DNA from: Phoronis australis
Lineage: Eukaryota > Animalia > Phoronida
NCBI GenBank assembly: GCA_002633005.1
Contig: NMRA01000474.1
Span: forward strand, 275,409 to 339,408
DNA: 64,000 nt
Reading direction: 5' to 3'
The notes under the pieces were generated by a model that ran no database searches, was not told the DNA's origin, and saw nothing but the letters and a program-made list of their open reading frames with translations. Below are positions 1 through 12,696 of this stretch, piece after piece. A program made the translations under genes and the position numbers. Within the stretch, counting starts at the first letter, position 1. Each line of letters begins with the position of its first letter.

Positions 1-928
1 GGAGCACGGAATCTAAGTCAGGCATGAGAGATGGTTGGGACTTGGCGTACAGGCCGACGTCTGAAAATGCTGTAACTAAACGAAAACTTCCTTGAGGTTT
101 CTTGACTAGAAACGAAGGATTAAGATATTCTACTGTGATACCAACATCCTCTGGACGGGCGAATACTTCCAGTAGCTCCAGCTCGTTGAATGTTTGTTAC
201 AATTCCAGGAGCTTTTCCTTGGAGTATTGGGGGAGGCAACCTTTACTCTGTGGAGGTTGCTTAGGACCCATGTTGACAATGGCCTCGAACGGGCCTGCGG
301 CGCCATTGTACACGGGGTATTGCGGATCAAATACGTGAGCTAATTTGCGATGCAGGGCCTGGAACCTGTAACGATCTGCAGCATGCAAAATATTATCGGG
401 ATCAACGGCAACAAAGCGATGGAGATCCAAGCTAGTTTTGGGGGATGAGGTACATTGGGTGGCTGTCGGGGATCCAGATGGAACCTCCGAATGAGTGAAC
501 ACAGCGTGCACCTGGCAAAACTGATCATCTCATCGCAAAAATCATGGTTCGTCGGTGTTGTTGAGCAAGCGAATCTTGCCATTAGTAGGAGCAAGAATGG
601 TGGGTTTTGGCCATAACTGGGAAACACCCGTGGAGCGGAGGCTAACGCTGTCGGAGCGAGGTTTGATGGCAAGATGTTCTTCAGGATCGGTGAAATCGGA
701 CGGTGCCTCCAACTCACCACGCCATATGGCAGTCATGTGAGGGGGAGCACGTAATACTTGGGACAGCCGTGATGTGGGTCGTGGGCATTGGTTTACGGGT
801 TGGCCATGCGTGTATGTAGATCCGTCAGCCAACGTCATAACTGGGGTTGTTTCTAATACGTCTACGTCAAGGGACTTGATAACAAGACCGTCAAAAATGA
901 AGGAATGTTTGTTACGCCAATCGAACAT
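1..928 (-). mobile_element. Degenerate Ty3/Gypsy-type LTR retrotransposon pol fragment (pre-RT region and RT N-terminus), running off the window start
   Basis: Minus frame reads [114 protein letters not shown] is the typical LTR-RT start. In-frame stops at 197-199 and 542-544 show decay. Confidence 0.8.
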
Positions 929-3479
929 CCTAGTTTACTATGCAATAGGCCTAACCAATCAGAAAAACAAGTCGAAGGTCATTGAGTGCAAACTAAAATT
1001 TTGAGCTAGAGACTTCAAAATTACAACTGTTTAGTAAATGTGATTGAGTTTGAATTCTAAATTATGAGGTCATTTGGTGCACCCATGGGGTCATTAGGTG
1101 CATTTTTCTTCTGAAAGTTTGACCAATTCATTCATGTTGTATTCTAAAGTGCTTAAAGTAAAACATCTGTGATTCTTAACATTAACCACACTTTTAATCC
1201 AGCTTACAATTATTCCTCATCCGTTCTCACAATGCACCGAAAGAGGTCAATTAGTGGAAAGGTCATCAAAATATTAACATGTTATTTTTCTTACAGTTTT
1301 AGAGAATTCCTTTTCAAATTGGTTAACGGGTTGCTGTCAGTAACTTCCCATAACATATCGTTTAATACACGCGCGCAGAGTCCATTATTGTCACGCCGTG
1401 ACAATAATCTTTCTAGTTTTCCTCCTGTAAGGCACATTCCAACACTTAGAAAAATAAGAAAATAAATTAACGTAACAGTGTGTCTCAGTTGTTCAACCTA
1501 AATTTTCTTAGAAAGAAAATAACTGTAATTTTGAAATAAGCCCTTCAAATTCCCTTCCCAGAAGTTCCCACAAGTCCAAATTAGTTCTGCGTCACACTAG
1601 CCAGTAATTATGCAACCAAAATGTCAGCCTTGTTTACGCCACCCTTTTAGTTGATCTATAGCTGAAATTTTTGAACAGCAAAATGTTTACCAACTTTCTT
1701 CTTTGAATTAGCCAGTTAACAAAACATCTATATATAAATAGAAGGAAACAGAAATTGTCTTAAATTCTAAATGATTGATATTTAGCTATTTCATTACAGT
1801 TGGCAGGATATATACATGTACATGTAACGTGTTACATCGATAGTGAACCATAACTTGCAGTAGCGCTCGTACAGACAACAGTGCAAGTATGCGTGTTGTC
1901 AGAATAAGCCATTAATTTTCTAATGACACTTGTAACTGTATGGCGTGGATGGGAGCGAAGTAGACGCGAGTGCAACCTCTCTCCGCTCAACCGTGCAGTT
2001 TCGCATCCGCCACAGCCCGTTTCGTCAGAAACTGTATAAATCTACACCTCCTTCGACAGCAATTACGCCCCTGGACAACACTTCTTTATTTGCGCCCCCT
2101 CCTTCGATTGATTCCACACGATCGTAAGACTTAAGCAAGATAAGGAAGGGTGTTAGCATAATCTAATTCCGCTTCGTCAAACCTTTGCTCCTTGGCAACT
2201 CAATAAATAAACTAAAGCTAGGAAAGGTACGTATTTTCAGGTAACTACCCGTTGTTAAGTTACAGGCGTATTTCAAATCCACAATTCCTCAGTGGCAATT
2301 TTCAGTGACGTAGATGTTTGACTCTTTAACTGTACCTTGAAATCTAGGGGACACAGGGAGTGCACATTTGTTTCAATTTGCACTTCGCAATACGGAAAGG
2401 TAGTTGCTTTATGGAGCAAAAGGAATTGCGAACACCTATTCACATTTTGTTTTATCTCATGTGCAGCGCTTGTTTCTCCTTTTATTTTCTTGTTTCTCAA
2501 TAACTTGATCTGACATTGAATTTCAGAAAACTAGAAGTCATGAAGTGCATCGCGGAACTCATTGTATTGGTACTGGCTGAGGGCTGCATCCAGGCGCAGC
2601 TGGTAGATAGCGAAGACGGAGGTGAGAACAAAAACTGTCAGTGCTCTGAGCCAAGTTTTGCAAGAATTTCGCAAGTAAAATTAAAGTGATCGCTGTCCTT
2701 GTAATGCCTGGCGATATCTCATGAAGTATTGCGTTTTCGCGAGTTTCTTTTGTCCGTCTGCAGAGTGCCAGTCTGGTCGAGCTTGTGACATGGATGAATA
2801 ATTTGGTACCCCTTCAAATTTAAAACTGCATTTCGTCCTACAGTTTAGCTGACTAAAAGAAAATCGAATTTGGACTTATACTCTAATAAAATCGGTCTCG
2901 GAATGTTTCTTACTGCGGTGACATTCTATTTCCGCTACCAACAAAATATCTGAACCACCCACTACTCAAAATGGTCTTAGAGATTTTTGGATTTGACAAC
3001 CTTGAAAATGCGCATTACAAAAACACGCATGTATGCATTGTTTGTGACTTGAGTTCCCAACTCAAGATCAGACGAGAATGCTCATGAGTCATGTTTCAAA
3101 ACCCCATGACGCTTCGGTTTAGAAGTCGACAATGACAGCTAAACAGCGGTGAAATGAACCTTTTAGCTTTCCCTTCCGTCTTTGTATAGTCTGCGTGATC
3201 CCATTTTGGAATCCAAGTAATGATCTTAAGAAAATTAATTTTCCTTTTCTATATATTACTTTATGAATAACTAAAATGATACCCACTAGTTCTTAAGCCA
3301 CCGGGAGGTGGCGCTTCAAAACTGTATGATGACCAATCGGGTCAATTTGAGCCCACTTCCAGTAAGTTTATTTTCTCTGCTTTTGCTCATCAGCCAAACC
3401 GTTAAGAACGATGTTGGCAGACCTTCTGCGTAGCTCTGCATCTTATTTTGTCCCTCTTTGCTTATGCAGGGGAACTCGG

Positions 3480-4260
3480 AGGTTGTTTCCCAATGAATGT
3501 TGACTCTGAAAAAAATAGCAGCCCCGACAATATTGTTGGTTCGCTACATATATTTATCCCAGGCTTCATTTCCGTCTGCTTTTTCTTCGAAATCTACTAA
3601 GTGTTGGATTTAGTTCGGACAGGCGACTGGGCCCGTCTTTGGCAATGAAAGGTGTTCATTTTTGCATATAAATTCACAGGCCTCCTCGTTTTCCATTTTT
3701 ACTGTGTTTTGACCCTAAGTGGCACCATGAGCTTCCTTGCAAAGTAATTGAATGTTGTCGCACCCTATCTGTGCTGTTGTCATAGCGTTCGCCCTATGAC
3801 ATGTCTCGACGACTGGTTGGTGATAAGCAACCCCAGAACTAATCTCCTCGCCGACGAGAGTTTGTTATGGACCTTTTGTTCGATCTAGGCTTCATTGTAA
3901 ATGTAGATAAGTCTGAAATAAATGCCCACTTAAACTGTGTGTCATATCGTGATTCTGTTTCCATTCGACAAAGGTCTGCTTTTTCTATTCGAGACTAAGT
4001 AGCTTTTCTCAGAATTTCGGCTGCGTGCTTATTGCTGGCTCTCCTTACGACTCGACACCTTCTAGTCACGTTAGGGAGGATCACATCTTGCACAGACCAG
4101 GTATTGAAAATGACTCCGAATCAAAATTTAGGTTGTTGATACACCTGGAGATTGGTTCTATCCACGTTTACCCTGAATTTAAACGTGATCCGGAAATTTC
4201 CATCGCTTCACGAACTGCACTGACGCTCTCAGTCGTTGATAATAATTGATAACATTCTGT
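3480..4260 (+). mobile_element. Degenerate DIRS-type (tyrosine-recombinase retrotransposon) RT/RNase H remnant
   Basis: 3781-3950 translates HSVRPMTCLDDWLVISNPRTNLLADESFVMDLLFDLGFIVNVDKSE, matching the DIRS RT pattern YLDDWL...LGF.IN.EKS. Upstream VLDLVRTGDW (~3602-3631) and downstream HRPGIEN / VVDTPGDW RNase H-like pieces lie in shifted frames. Confidence 0.7.
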
Positions 4261-7200
4261 TCTCTTCACACACTTCAGTTTATTCCCACGTACTTTAATC
4301 TTTCCCTTACAGAACGCACCTCCTCTCCAGCATTTGTTATGTAACTACATGTGTTTCTGTGACTTTCTACATTATGCTCGTTTTATTTCAATGTCGCAGC
4401 CCACCCCCCTCGCCTCCGAACCTCGAACGCGAGCTGAAGCTGCACACGTTTACTGTTAGAATTGTAAGAATGAAGTACGACTGAATTTTACAAAATATTC
4501 CGTTCTATTTCAGTTGCACAGCAAAGATTCTGCAGAATTTGTATTGGTACCAAGTGCATTGTAGATTGCAAGAGAATAGGCAATAACGGGGGATTCTGCG
4601 GCAGTTCTGGTTGTACCTGTGGGTAGGTAAGTAAACAAAATGTACAAAACCACGTAAAATAAAATAATTGCCCTTGTTCCGCAACTAAGCCGCTTTGATC
4701 AGCACCCAGCATCAACAATTTTGACATTTTTTTATCCAAAAGCTTCACACACTAATGTAACAACATTAGCAATAGTCACCAATTTCTTAGTTGCGAGTGG
4801 TGTGTGGTTTTGGGTCGAAGCCAACTTCTCGAACCTCATGAGTGCAATCACTTCCTGTCGACCTGAGTACCACTGCATCATTGGATCGTTGGGGCGGGAG
4901 AAAAGCGTGCACCACTTTAACGCACAAAACGGTGACTTTCTGAAATATAAAAGTACATGCATTTTGTGTTACCGCATCAATTGTAAAAAAAACACAAACT
5001 AGGGCCCATTATGCCTGTTTAACCTATCCATATCTCAGTCATACGACGGAAGGACAATGTAATATCCGATCTCAGAAATGTCCACGTCAGTTTGTGGGGT
5101 CAAGTTAATGAGTGATGACACTGCAATGTAACGCATACAATGATGAATAGATATGAAGTTTTTCTGAGTTCCTCGACCCAGTGGATCAATTCTGTAAATT
5201 CAGTCTCCTCTCACACTTGGACTCAGAATTTTCCTAAATCGTTCGCGTACTTGAGTGTCGTTCATGAGTCTCACGTGTAATCAACTTATTTTTTATGAGC
5301 TCCTTTTTATCATTGACAAACTTTAGAAATGTAACTAAACACTGAGCGTTTAGTTGAATGTAAATAAATACTGGCTTATTCCCAAATTTAAGGCGTTGTC
5401 TTAACAGTTCACTACGCATTGTTAATAATCACAGACACTCTAAAGTGTTTTAAAAGTCTGGTCTGTACTCCACCTGTTGGTCACGTCATGTGATATATTG
5501 GACATAATTCCAAAACAATTTCTGCCCCCTACCGGGTCTCGAACGAGCTCCCCCCATTTGTCGAAGTCGGCAAAAAGGTCCACCTCAGAGAAAGAAAAAG
5601 ACCAAGGGAATGAGACAAAAGTCCACTAAAAAGGCACAAGCGCGCAATTCACAACTGTGGACGTGGTGCACCATTTTTTAGTCTTTTGGATTTTTTTTGT
5701 CTGTAAGACGTCCAGAAAGTCGGAAATTCGAGCCCGCCATATTAAAGGCTGGGTGCGCACATGTTGTGTATTTTGTTAAAATTTCAGTTCTAGTGGTCTG
5801 TCTTTACGCGGCACAACCTAACAAGGATAGTTCTTTATTAGTGAAAATATAAATTTCGCAAGTTCACGATCATTCCACATCAGCTGAGCAACACAAGTAC
5901 ATGTATACCCAAACAGTGGCACGTGCCCGGAGGTGCAAATATAGTATCCAGTCCGATCTATCATCTAATAGTTGCCATGGCAAATGAGGCAAGAAAGAGA
6001 AAACTACTCATTTATAATGTAAAAACAGATACCAAGTGAAACAACAATTTTCAAGTTACAGTTAGTAATGTCCTTTTGCTTTGTTGATGGAAAAAGCAAT
6101 CAAACTGTTCAAAATAAATTTCAACAAATAATGTTTTTGATGAAGTTTAAAAAAAAACATTGCTAAAAGAATGCCACATTAGTCAAATAGTGCTTCATAG
6201 TAAAGAGAAAGGTTAAGTGTTGGAAAAAGAAAAATTCTCTGAGTAAAGATCGACGCAAATACACAAAATATTTAGGTGCCTGACCCTTTTTGGATTTTTT
6301 ATGCAACTGGGCACAAGCGACTTCGCAACATTTATGGAATTACTTTGTAGTAAGTTACAAAATATGTGATTTTGCTATGCTGTTCGTATTGGGTCATGTC
6401 GACACTGTTACTGGAAATATACTCTTTGAGCTAAAACTACATGTACAACTCTGACTTGTATCAAGGAGTGTTGTATTACACTCCTTTCCTGAAAATGCAT
6501 CACTCTAATTATGTGTCCATCTGCACTAAACACAAGTGTCTTTCATTTTGTGCTCGGGTATATCTCTACTATAATTCCATACATGTAATTACTGTTTTAA
6601 ACTTCATTTTCATGCAAATGGTAGGCCAACGACATTGGTGACATTTACACAGTTAAGTAAATGTACTGACAACCAAGGAAAAATAAAAAAAAACTGTCAA
6701 AGCAACTTCCATTTGTTTCTTTATTGCTGCATTTCTCGCACCTATGGGTGTACATGTAGATGGCTGCAAGTTTGGGTTTTTATCACGTTCAAAACGAGAT
6801 TTTAGCATAGAATAGCCTCGCTGAGTGGACAACTGAACATTGACTGCTTGGGTAAGCGTTGGTATCAGATTCGCCAACAGACATGAATGAGTTTTTGGGG
6901 ATGTATCTTGTGTGGAAAATTTTTGGACTGTTCACGATGTACCGAGTGTCTAACGAGCTAAGTGCGCACCAATCTGCAGCGTACAAAGAAATATCATTTT
7001 TGGGCGATTGTGACACAAAACTCTCACGACTTTGAGAACTTCAAATTACTAACATTTGTCACCTACAAATTGTTCTCAATAATCTTCCTAAACCCATTCA
7101 GAAGTGGTGTTGTTATATTGAAAGAATTGGAAGATCGTTATTGCTTTAAACCAAGTTTAAGTGTTTTCAAGTTGTCTTGTTAAGACGAGGTTATTTAAGC

Positions 7201-7340
7201 ACCGTGCTCGAAAGAACTGCCAATCTAATTAAACCCAGCATTCACTTCTCGTCTGAGTAAGGAACAAGTTTAGGTCAAAGGTCGTACACCAATTATGGGA
7301 TCAACCAAATCTTAATTTCTTTGCCGGAATGTGGTTTACA

Positions 7341-10300
7341 TAGTCGGTGGGCCAGATTTTGTAGGGCCTCTAGAAAATGGTTTTTGTGAGTACTTTAGGG
7401 GGGCAATTTTATTTTGGTGTTTTTTAATTCATTTATTAGAGTGTTTTTAAAATCTAAAAAGTTCCCACATATAATGTTGCATATTTTTGAGAAATTTGAG
7501 TTTGAAGTTACATAATAATCACCAAAGAGCTTAGTAAACTTATATTTGTAAAAACAACAGTTTTGGTGATTTTTTTGTAAAACAAGGAATATGGTCCCAT
7601 CAGTGCCATTGTATTGAACAATATTAAACTCACATTACACGTTTTACTATTGTAAATTAATTGTAAAAAGTGAAATTTAAAAAACGTAAAGAGACTCCTA
7701 GTGGCAAAAAATCAAACTAAGTCTGATTGTTACTAGGAAGTTATTCTGGCATTGTCAGGCAATAAAAATAACACAAAACACTTGAGACTGGGCAAAATTT
7801 GTGCCTCAATGACTAAAACATTGACTAATGGTGTAAAATACAGCTTGTTTGCATAATACACCAGAAATATGTTATAGTACAAAAACAATATAGTTGAATG
7901 ATCTCTGTGAATGTGCACAAAGACTGTATGAAAATCAGATTATTCTGACAGCGTTTATCAAGCAGTATGAGACAAATACATGACAATGATCAAAGTATGT
8001 ACTTTCTATGACTTACTCAACAAATAAAATTAACTATTTAATACAAAAAGGAAATAACGGGGTAAGGTTGGAGGTCTATTAAGGGTTACTTGTCAAAGAA
8101 CTATCCAATGTTATGCAGTCAGTGTTGCTGATGTTACTACAGTTGTCACAGCTGCACATTTCTGTACAGTTTGACCCAGCATTGCAGCGCAAACTCAGTT
8201 TCCCAGCACACATGTTCTTTTTGCACTTGCAGCGTACTGTCAATGGAGATGCGGTCATTGCTATACATATTAACTGCAAAGCTCCACCGCCAAGGGGCCA
8301 ACTATGGTCGATTAGAGAGGGTACAACACTGCACACTGGATTAGCCCGCAGGCAATGAAGGGTCAAACACTAAGTCCTTGTTTGGAGGCGGGCACTATTT
8401 GGGCAAACGTTTGATTCAAAATATGTTATAATGGGCTGTGTTAATTAGAGTCAGCCTGAGCAAGTGAATAGTTGAACACTAGCCTCAATTCAATTTCGTA
8501 TCTCTTAGTCGGGCACAAACTACAACACTGAATAGCTTCAACAATATTTCTTAAGATTGCCTGTCCAAATAACTTCATGCACACCAGCTTTCTGAAGAAC
8601 AGCTGTCTTGCTTTAGTTTTGAAAGGCAAATGACATCTCCTTGTGTTAGAAGCTTCGATTCAATGAACTCCAAACAAAACTGTAGAAAAACATCTCTGAA
8701 AACTGTGAATTCGTCACTCTTCACAATCGTTGTCTTTCTATTTTTTACAGCATGATGATCTGTGGTACTTGGCTTCTAAGACACAAGGTCTTTATCTTTG
8801 AATTTCATTTGCATATTCAGGGCTCTGGACTGAGCTGTTGCTTTCGATACAAGTCCAACTGAAAAAAACCCGAACTGTTAACACTAATTTAACATTCAAC
8901 TATGAGTGAGTTGGCATGCAACTTTTTCAGACGGACTTATCAGGAACTGATCCACCACCAGCCTAACAAATTTACATGCCGTCTGATCTGTCGCCTAATA
9001 ATGTTGATCGTCTAATAATTAGATCAGTTGATGCAACTGAAAAGAAATCAGCTGATATACCAGTGCAGTGATTGAAATTGAATTTTTTTAAATCAGATGC
9101 TCAAACCATAGTCAATCAATTTACACTTAAGGTAATCGACGTTTGACGAAATGGACAGTGGCTTCCATCGTCCTCAAATTTTGACGGTGACGATGGCCAC
9201 TTAGGCACTTTAATTTAATTATCATTGCAGCTACCTAAGTAATTAATGTTTACAAAAAATCGAGACTACGGCAGGGGATGACGGCCACTTGGGTATGTTG
9301 TTTGCAACCATCTACTCCATTTAACATTCTCAAAAATTTTTGACTTAAAGTGCTTTAAAATCACACCCACAGTATAACGCCATAGGATTATCCCTTAGCG
9401 CAAGCAGTGTCGATGTGGCAACTGAATGGAGTGTTCGAAAAACAGGATTGCAGGAGTATTTGTTTAAGCTGGGAACAAATGAAAACATTAACAACCTCCT
9501 CAGAGGCATCTCACTACGCGGTACTTCTAAACTTATAGGAACATAACTTGCCGAAAAGTATCCGGCATATGGAGTACCTATGGAATGATCATCGTCTCTA
9601 CTGGGTCAGCAGTATTGTCTAAGGCCTAGGCAGCCAAGGGGCTGAACAAGTTAAAAAACAACTGGTGATAATACTGAAACACACATGGAAAACACCAAGA
9701 TGTATTTTTAAAAAACACGTACCTGTTTTTGAAAGCTATACTTCTTTCTCTTTCTTGAAATGTGGCCCATAATGTACTTTTCCTGCTAACAAATGATGCA
9801 CTCATGTTTCAGAATGTTCCTATCTTGTTCAGGTTAATTGGGTGTTTCAGATTTTGGAAGTAATTGATTTTCTTGGGAAATCTTGGATAACATCTGTATC
9901 ACTTTCAGCAACTTCAGCTTTAGTACTACTGTTGGTGCCTTGAAACGTTGCTATGCCGTTCTATGTCCTTTCAATTTTCTGGTCTGACACTTGGTATTCT
10001 AGTCTATAGCACTCAGCAGTATACTGTGTAGGCTACCAGGGCATGCAGCTGTTTTCTGCACAAACGTTTGTGACACCTCTTCTTCTTTTTGATCTACTGA
10101 TCTACAGAATTCCACAGTCAATCCGCTTTCGTCAGGAAGCTTTCCTAAGCTTCTTTAGGCTCTGACATCACAATTTTGTGCTGTTTGATAAACCTTGAAT
10201 TATACAGGCATCACACTCCATGGGAGCAGCCATAATGAAGTAACTAAGCACAATACTATCTGGCTCTCTGATTGGTCAATTCAATAGAAAAGCACCATCA

Positions 10301-10486
10301 AGTGGCAGGAATGTGCACAAATTTTGTGCAACAAAAACACCTTTTTTAAAATAATGTGCAAGTGTAGACGTGGGAACTTTTTGGAATTTGGTTAATAGGT
10401 ATATTATCTAGCCACATAGAAAAAACTAGGTTGCCCCCCGAAAGTACTCACAAGGATGAACGCTATGAGATCTGGCCCACCGACTA
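7341..10486 (-). mobile_element. Internally deleted Academ-like DNA transposon (3146 bp)
   Basis: Perfect 17-bp TIRs TAGTCGGTGGGCCAGAT (7341-7357) / ATCTGGCCCACCGACTA (10470-10486), matching subterminal IRs (7383-7406 vs 10431-10453), TAG..CTA termini and a 3-bp TSD ACA on both sides. Internal remnants: EAKYHRS (~8755-8780) and a Cys-rich C-terminus. Confidence 0.8.
8079..8366 (-). pseudogene. Remnant of the transposon protein C-terminus (HCLRAN motif plus CXC/Cys8 zinc finger)
   Basis: ORF LHCLRAN...VRCKCKKNMCAGKLSLRCNAGSNCTEMCSCDNCSN inside the TIR element; flanking frames are broken. Confidence 0.7.
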
Positions 10487-12357
10487 ACAACCACTCTTAC
10501 TAACTTGAAAAACGGCACAACTAAATACCGGGCATTATAACTGTGTACCTACATACATGTAGGTACGTCTTCCGTTCGTCAAAAACCATGTCTGGAAGTT
10601 TTTGCTTGTTGTGGAGAACATTTTATATTGCGTTTTTTAGAAGCAGATGCACCGCTTTCTATCCGGAAATCCCGATTTCAAATTCATTTATTGTGCTTTT
10701 GTTTCCTAATTTTGACCGTGACAACTTTGCAAGAGCTGTTCAAAATAACACTGTCTCTTTACTATCAATATTTCTCAGAGTACTCTTTTTATTAACATGA
10801 ATAATCGTAAACTGTGTTACAATGCCTCTGCTTTACGGTAAAACACACTACATTCTTGTATCAGGGTCACTAATTCTTCGTTTCTAATACAGGGTTAATG
10901 GTCACGGTATCACACACTATATACATGTATTGGGATCACTAATTCTTACATGTACTTTCTGATAGTGGGTTAATGGTCACTACAGTACTTGCATCCAGAG
11001 AGGATCATCTTTATGAAAATGTGTACATTGACTATTGAAGGCAGATGCTCCAGAAATATGAACAGGTGTTTACATATCTTTAATACTGTGCACGTGCACA
11101 TGTATTTACACAGAAATACCAATGGTGGATAAGCTGTAGATGACATGTCTCAACTAGATATCCTTAGAATACCAATAGCGACTAAGTCTGAAAGTGCAAA
11201 ATAATGGCAACTTAATATATTAACAACACACATAACAAGATATCTTTACACACAAAAACAAGCCACAAAACATAATCCCAATACTCATCTAAAAGCAACT
11301 ATGTTCAAAGTTAACATATTTTAGTATTGCATCGCCACCCTAGGTAGCCATCGCAATGACTTACAGTTGACCTATGCATTATGGGTACCCACTCAATTAT
11401 CGCCGCATGTTAAGAGGTTTCCAAGGCAACCCTGCAGACATTGGAAATTAAACAGCAAAAAAGACCAACACAGAGAAGTTCGGAAGTTCTGATTTGTTAA
11501 CATTTTCGTGATTTTTTTTAATCAGCAAAACTCATCTGGTGTTCTGAATTGATGAATGTAAGGTGTTTAAAAGAATATAAATCGTTTCTTTTCTCCGGTT
11601 GTTCTGACTGTACTATGATGGCAGAAATCCACTCACTCCACAAACTGACTTTGACATAGTGATAACGTTAGAGCTGTACATGGTTTGAAATATAATTAAG
11701 ACAATGGGAAGATATAACAGGCAACAACAGAATGAGCTAAAATACTGCAAACAATGTGATTACACCAGGAAAATGCAGTAATAGAACGTTGAGGCCATTC
11801 CAATTCTCAGTTGCCTAACTGTAGATCTACATGTAATGTGACATCATGGTGCGCTCAGAACTCAGTGTTCAGGCCATGTCCATGACCTGCAACCAAACAG
11901 ACAAGCTTCCATTTCCCCTTTTCTCATGCTGGTGATACATAAGTGGTACAATGCGGGGACTTTAGGCTCATCCTCGTCTTAGTAAAGTTTAAGCCGCCAT
12001 CCAAATAAAAAACAGTCAACTACATTTGTGTTCGTTTCCTAATAGCACCATTGCAAGTGAAATGATAGCTCGACTGCCATATATGACGTTACAAACAACA
12101 TGTCTATACCTATGTCTATCTCTCAATAACTAAGTCTATACATATGTACATGCACGTGTAAGCTTTTGAATATTTACCAAACCCAGTCTACACGGTTACA
12201 AACTTATTCGTAATTTTGTAAACCATACAGTATTCTGACTTTCCTCACTTAATTTCGAAAGGTTTGACCAATAGGTAATACACAGGGACTTGGTTTGACC
12301 AATAGGAAATACACAGGTTCTTGGACACTATAACAACTTGTTGTGGTAAAACAAGTT

Positions 12358-12696
12358 TCAACGTGGCCTTCCATTAGGGAAGATTTCGGTGCACAATTGG
12401 CTATCACTGACGTTGATGTCGTCGTATATGGCCTCCATGCGGATTCCTTGTTCAACGGAACGAACGGCAATTTCATCAAAAGGCACAGTGTGGATGGGTG
12501 GCACATTCGGAAAAATAAATGTTTGCATTACGGCCACGCTGGCTTCATGTTTCTCGTCAGGCACGAAACCGGGACATCCGGAACTACCTTTACCAAAGTT
12601 TGAACTGGTTTTGTAAAGTGCTCGGCGACCATCACCGAACTTCGGGAATACGTCAAACCCAAATCTAGCTTGAGACCATTGCTTTAATTCGTCATG
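12358..12696 (-). CDS. ANK-protease exon 12 (last), catalytic Ser (LYKTSSNFGKGSSGCPGF)
   Basis: tatttcag|CATGAC...; Ser codon at 12580-12582; VEQGIRMEAIYDDI resembles the FAM111 C-terminal IE.G..M.SI..DI; ends TGA at 12360-12358. Confidence 0.9.
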   Translation of the reverse strand, partial: HDELKQWSQARFGFDVFPKFGDGRRALYKTSSNFGKGSSGCPGFVPDEKHEASVAVMQTFIFPNVPPIHTVPFDEIAVRSVEQGIRMEAIYDDINVSDSQLCTEIFPNGRPR

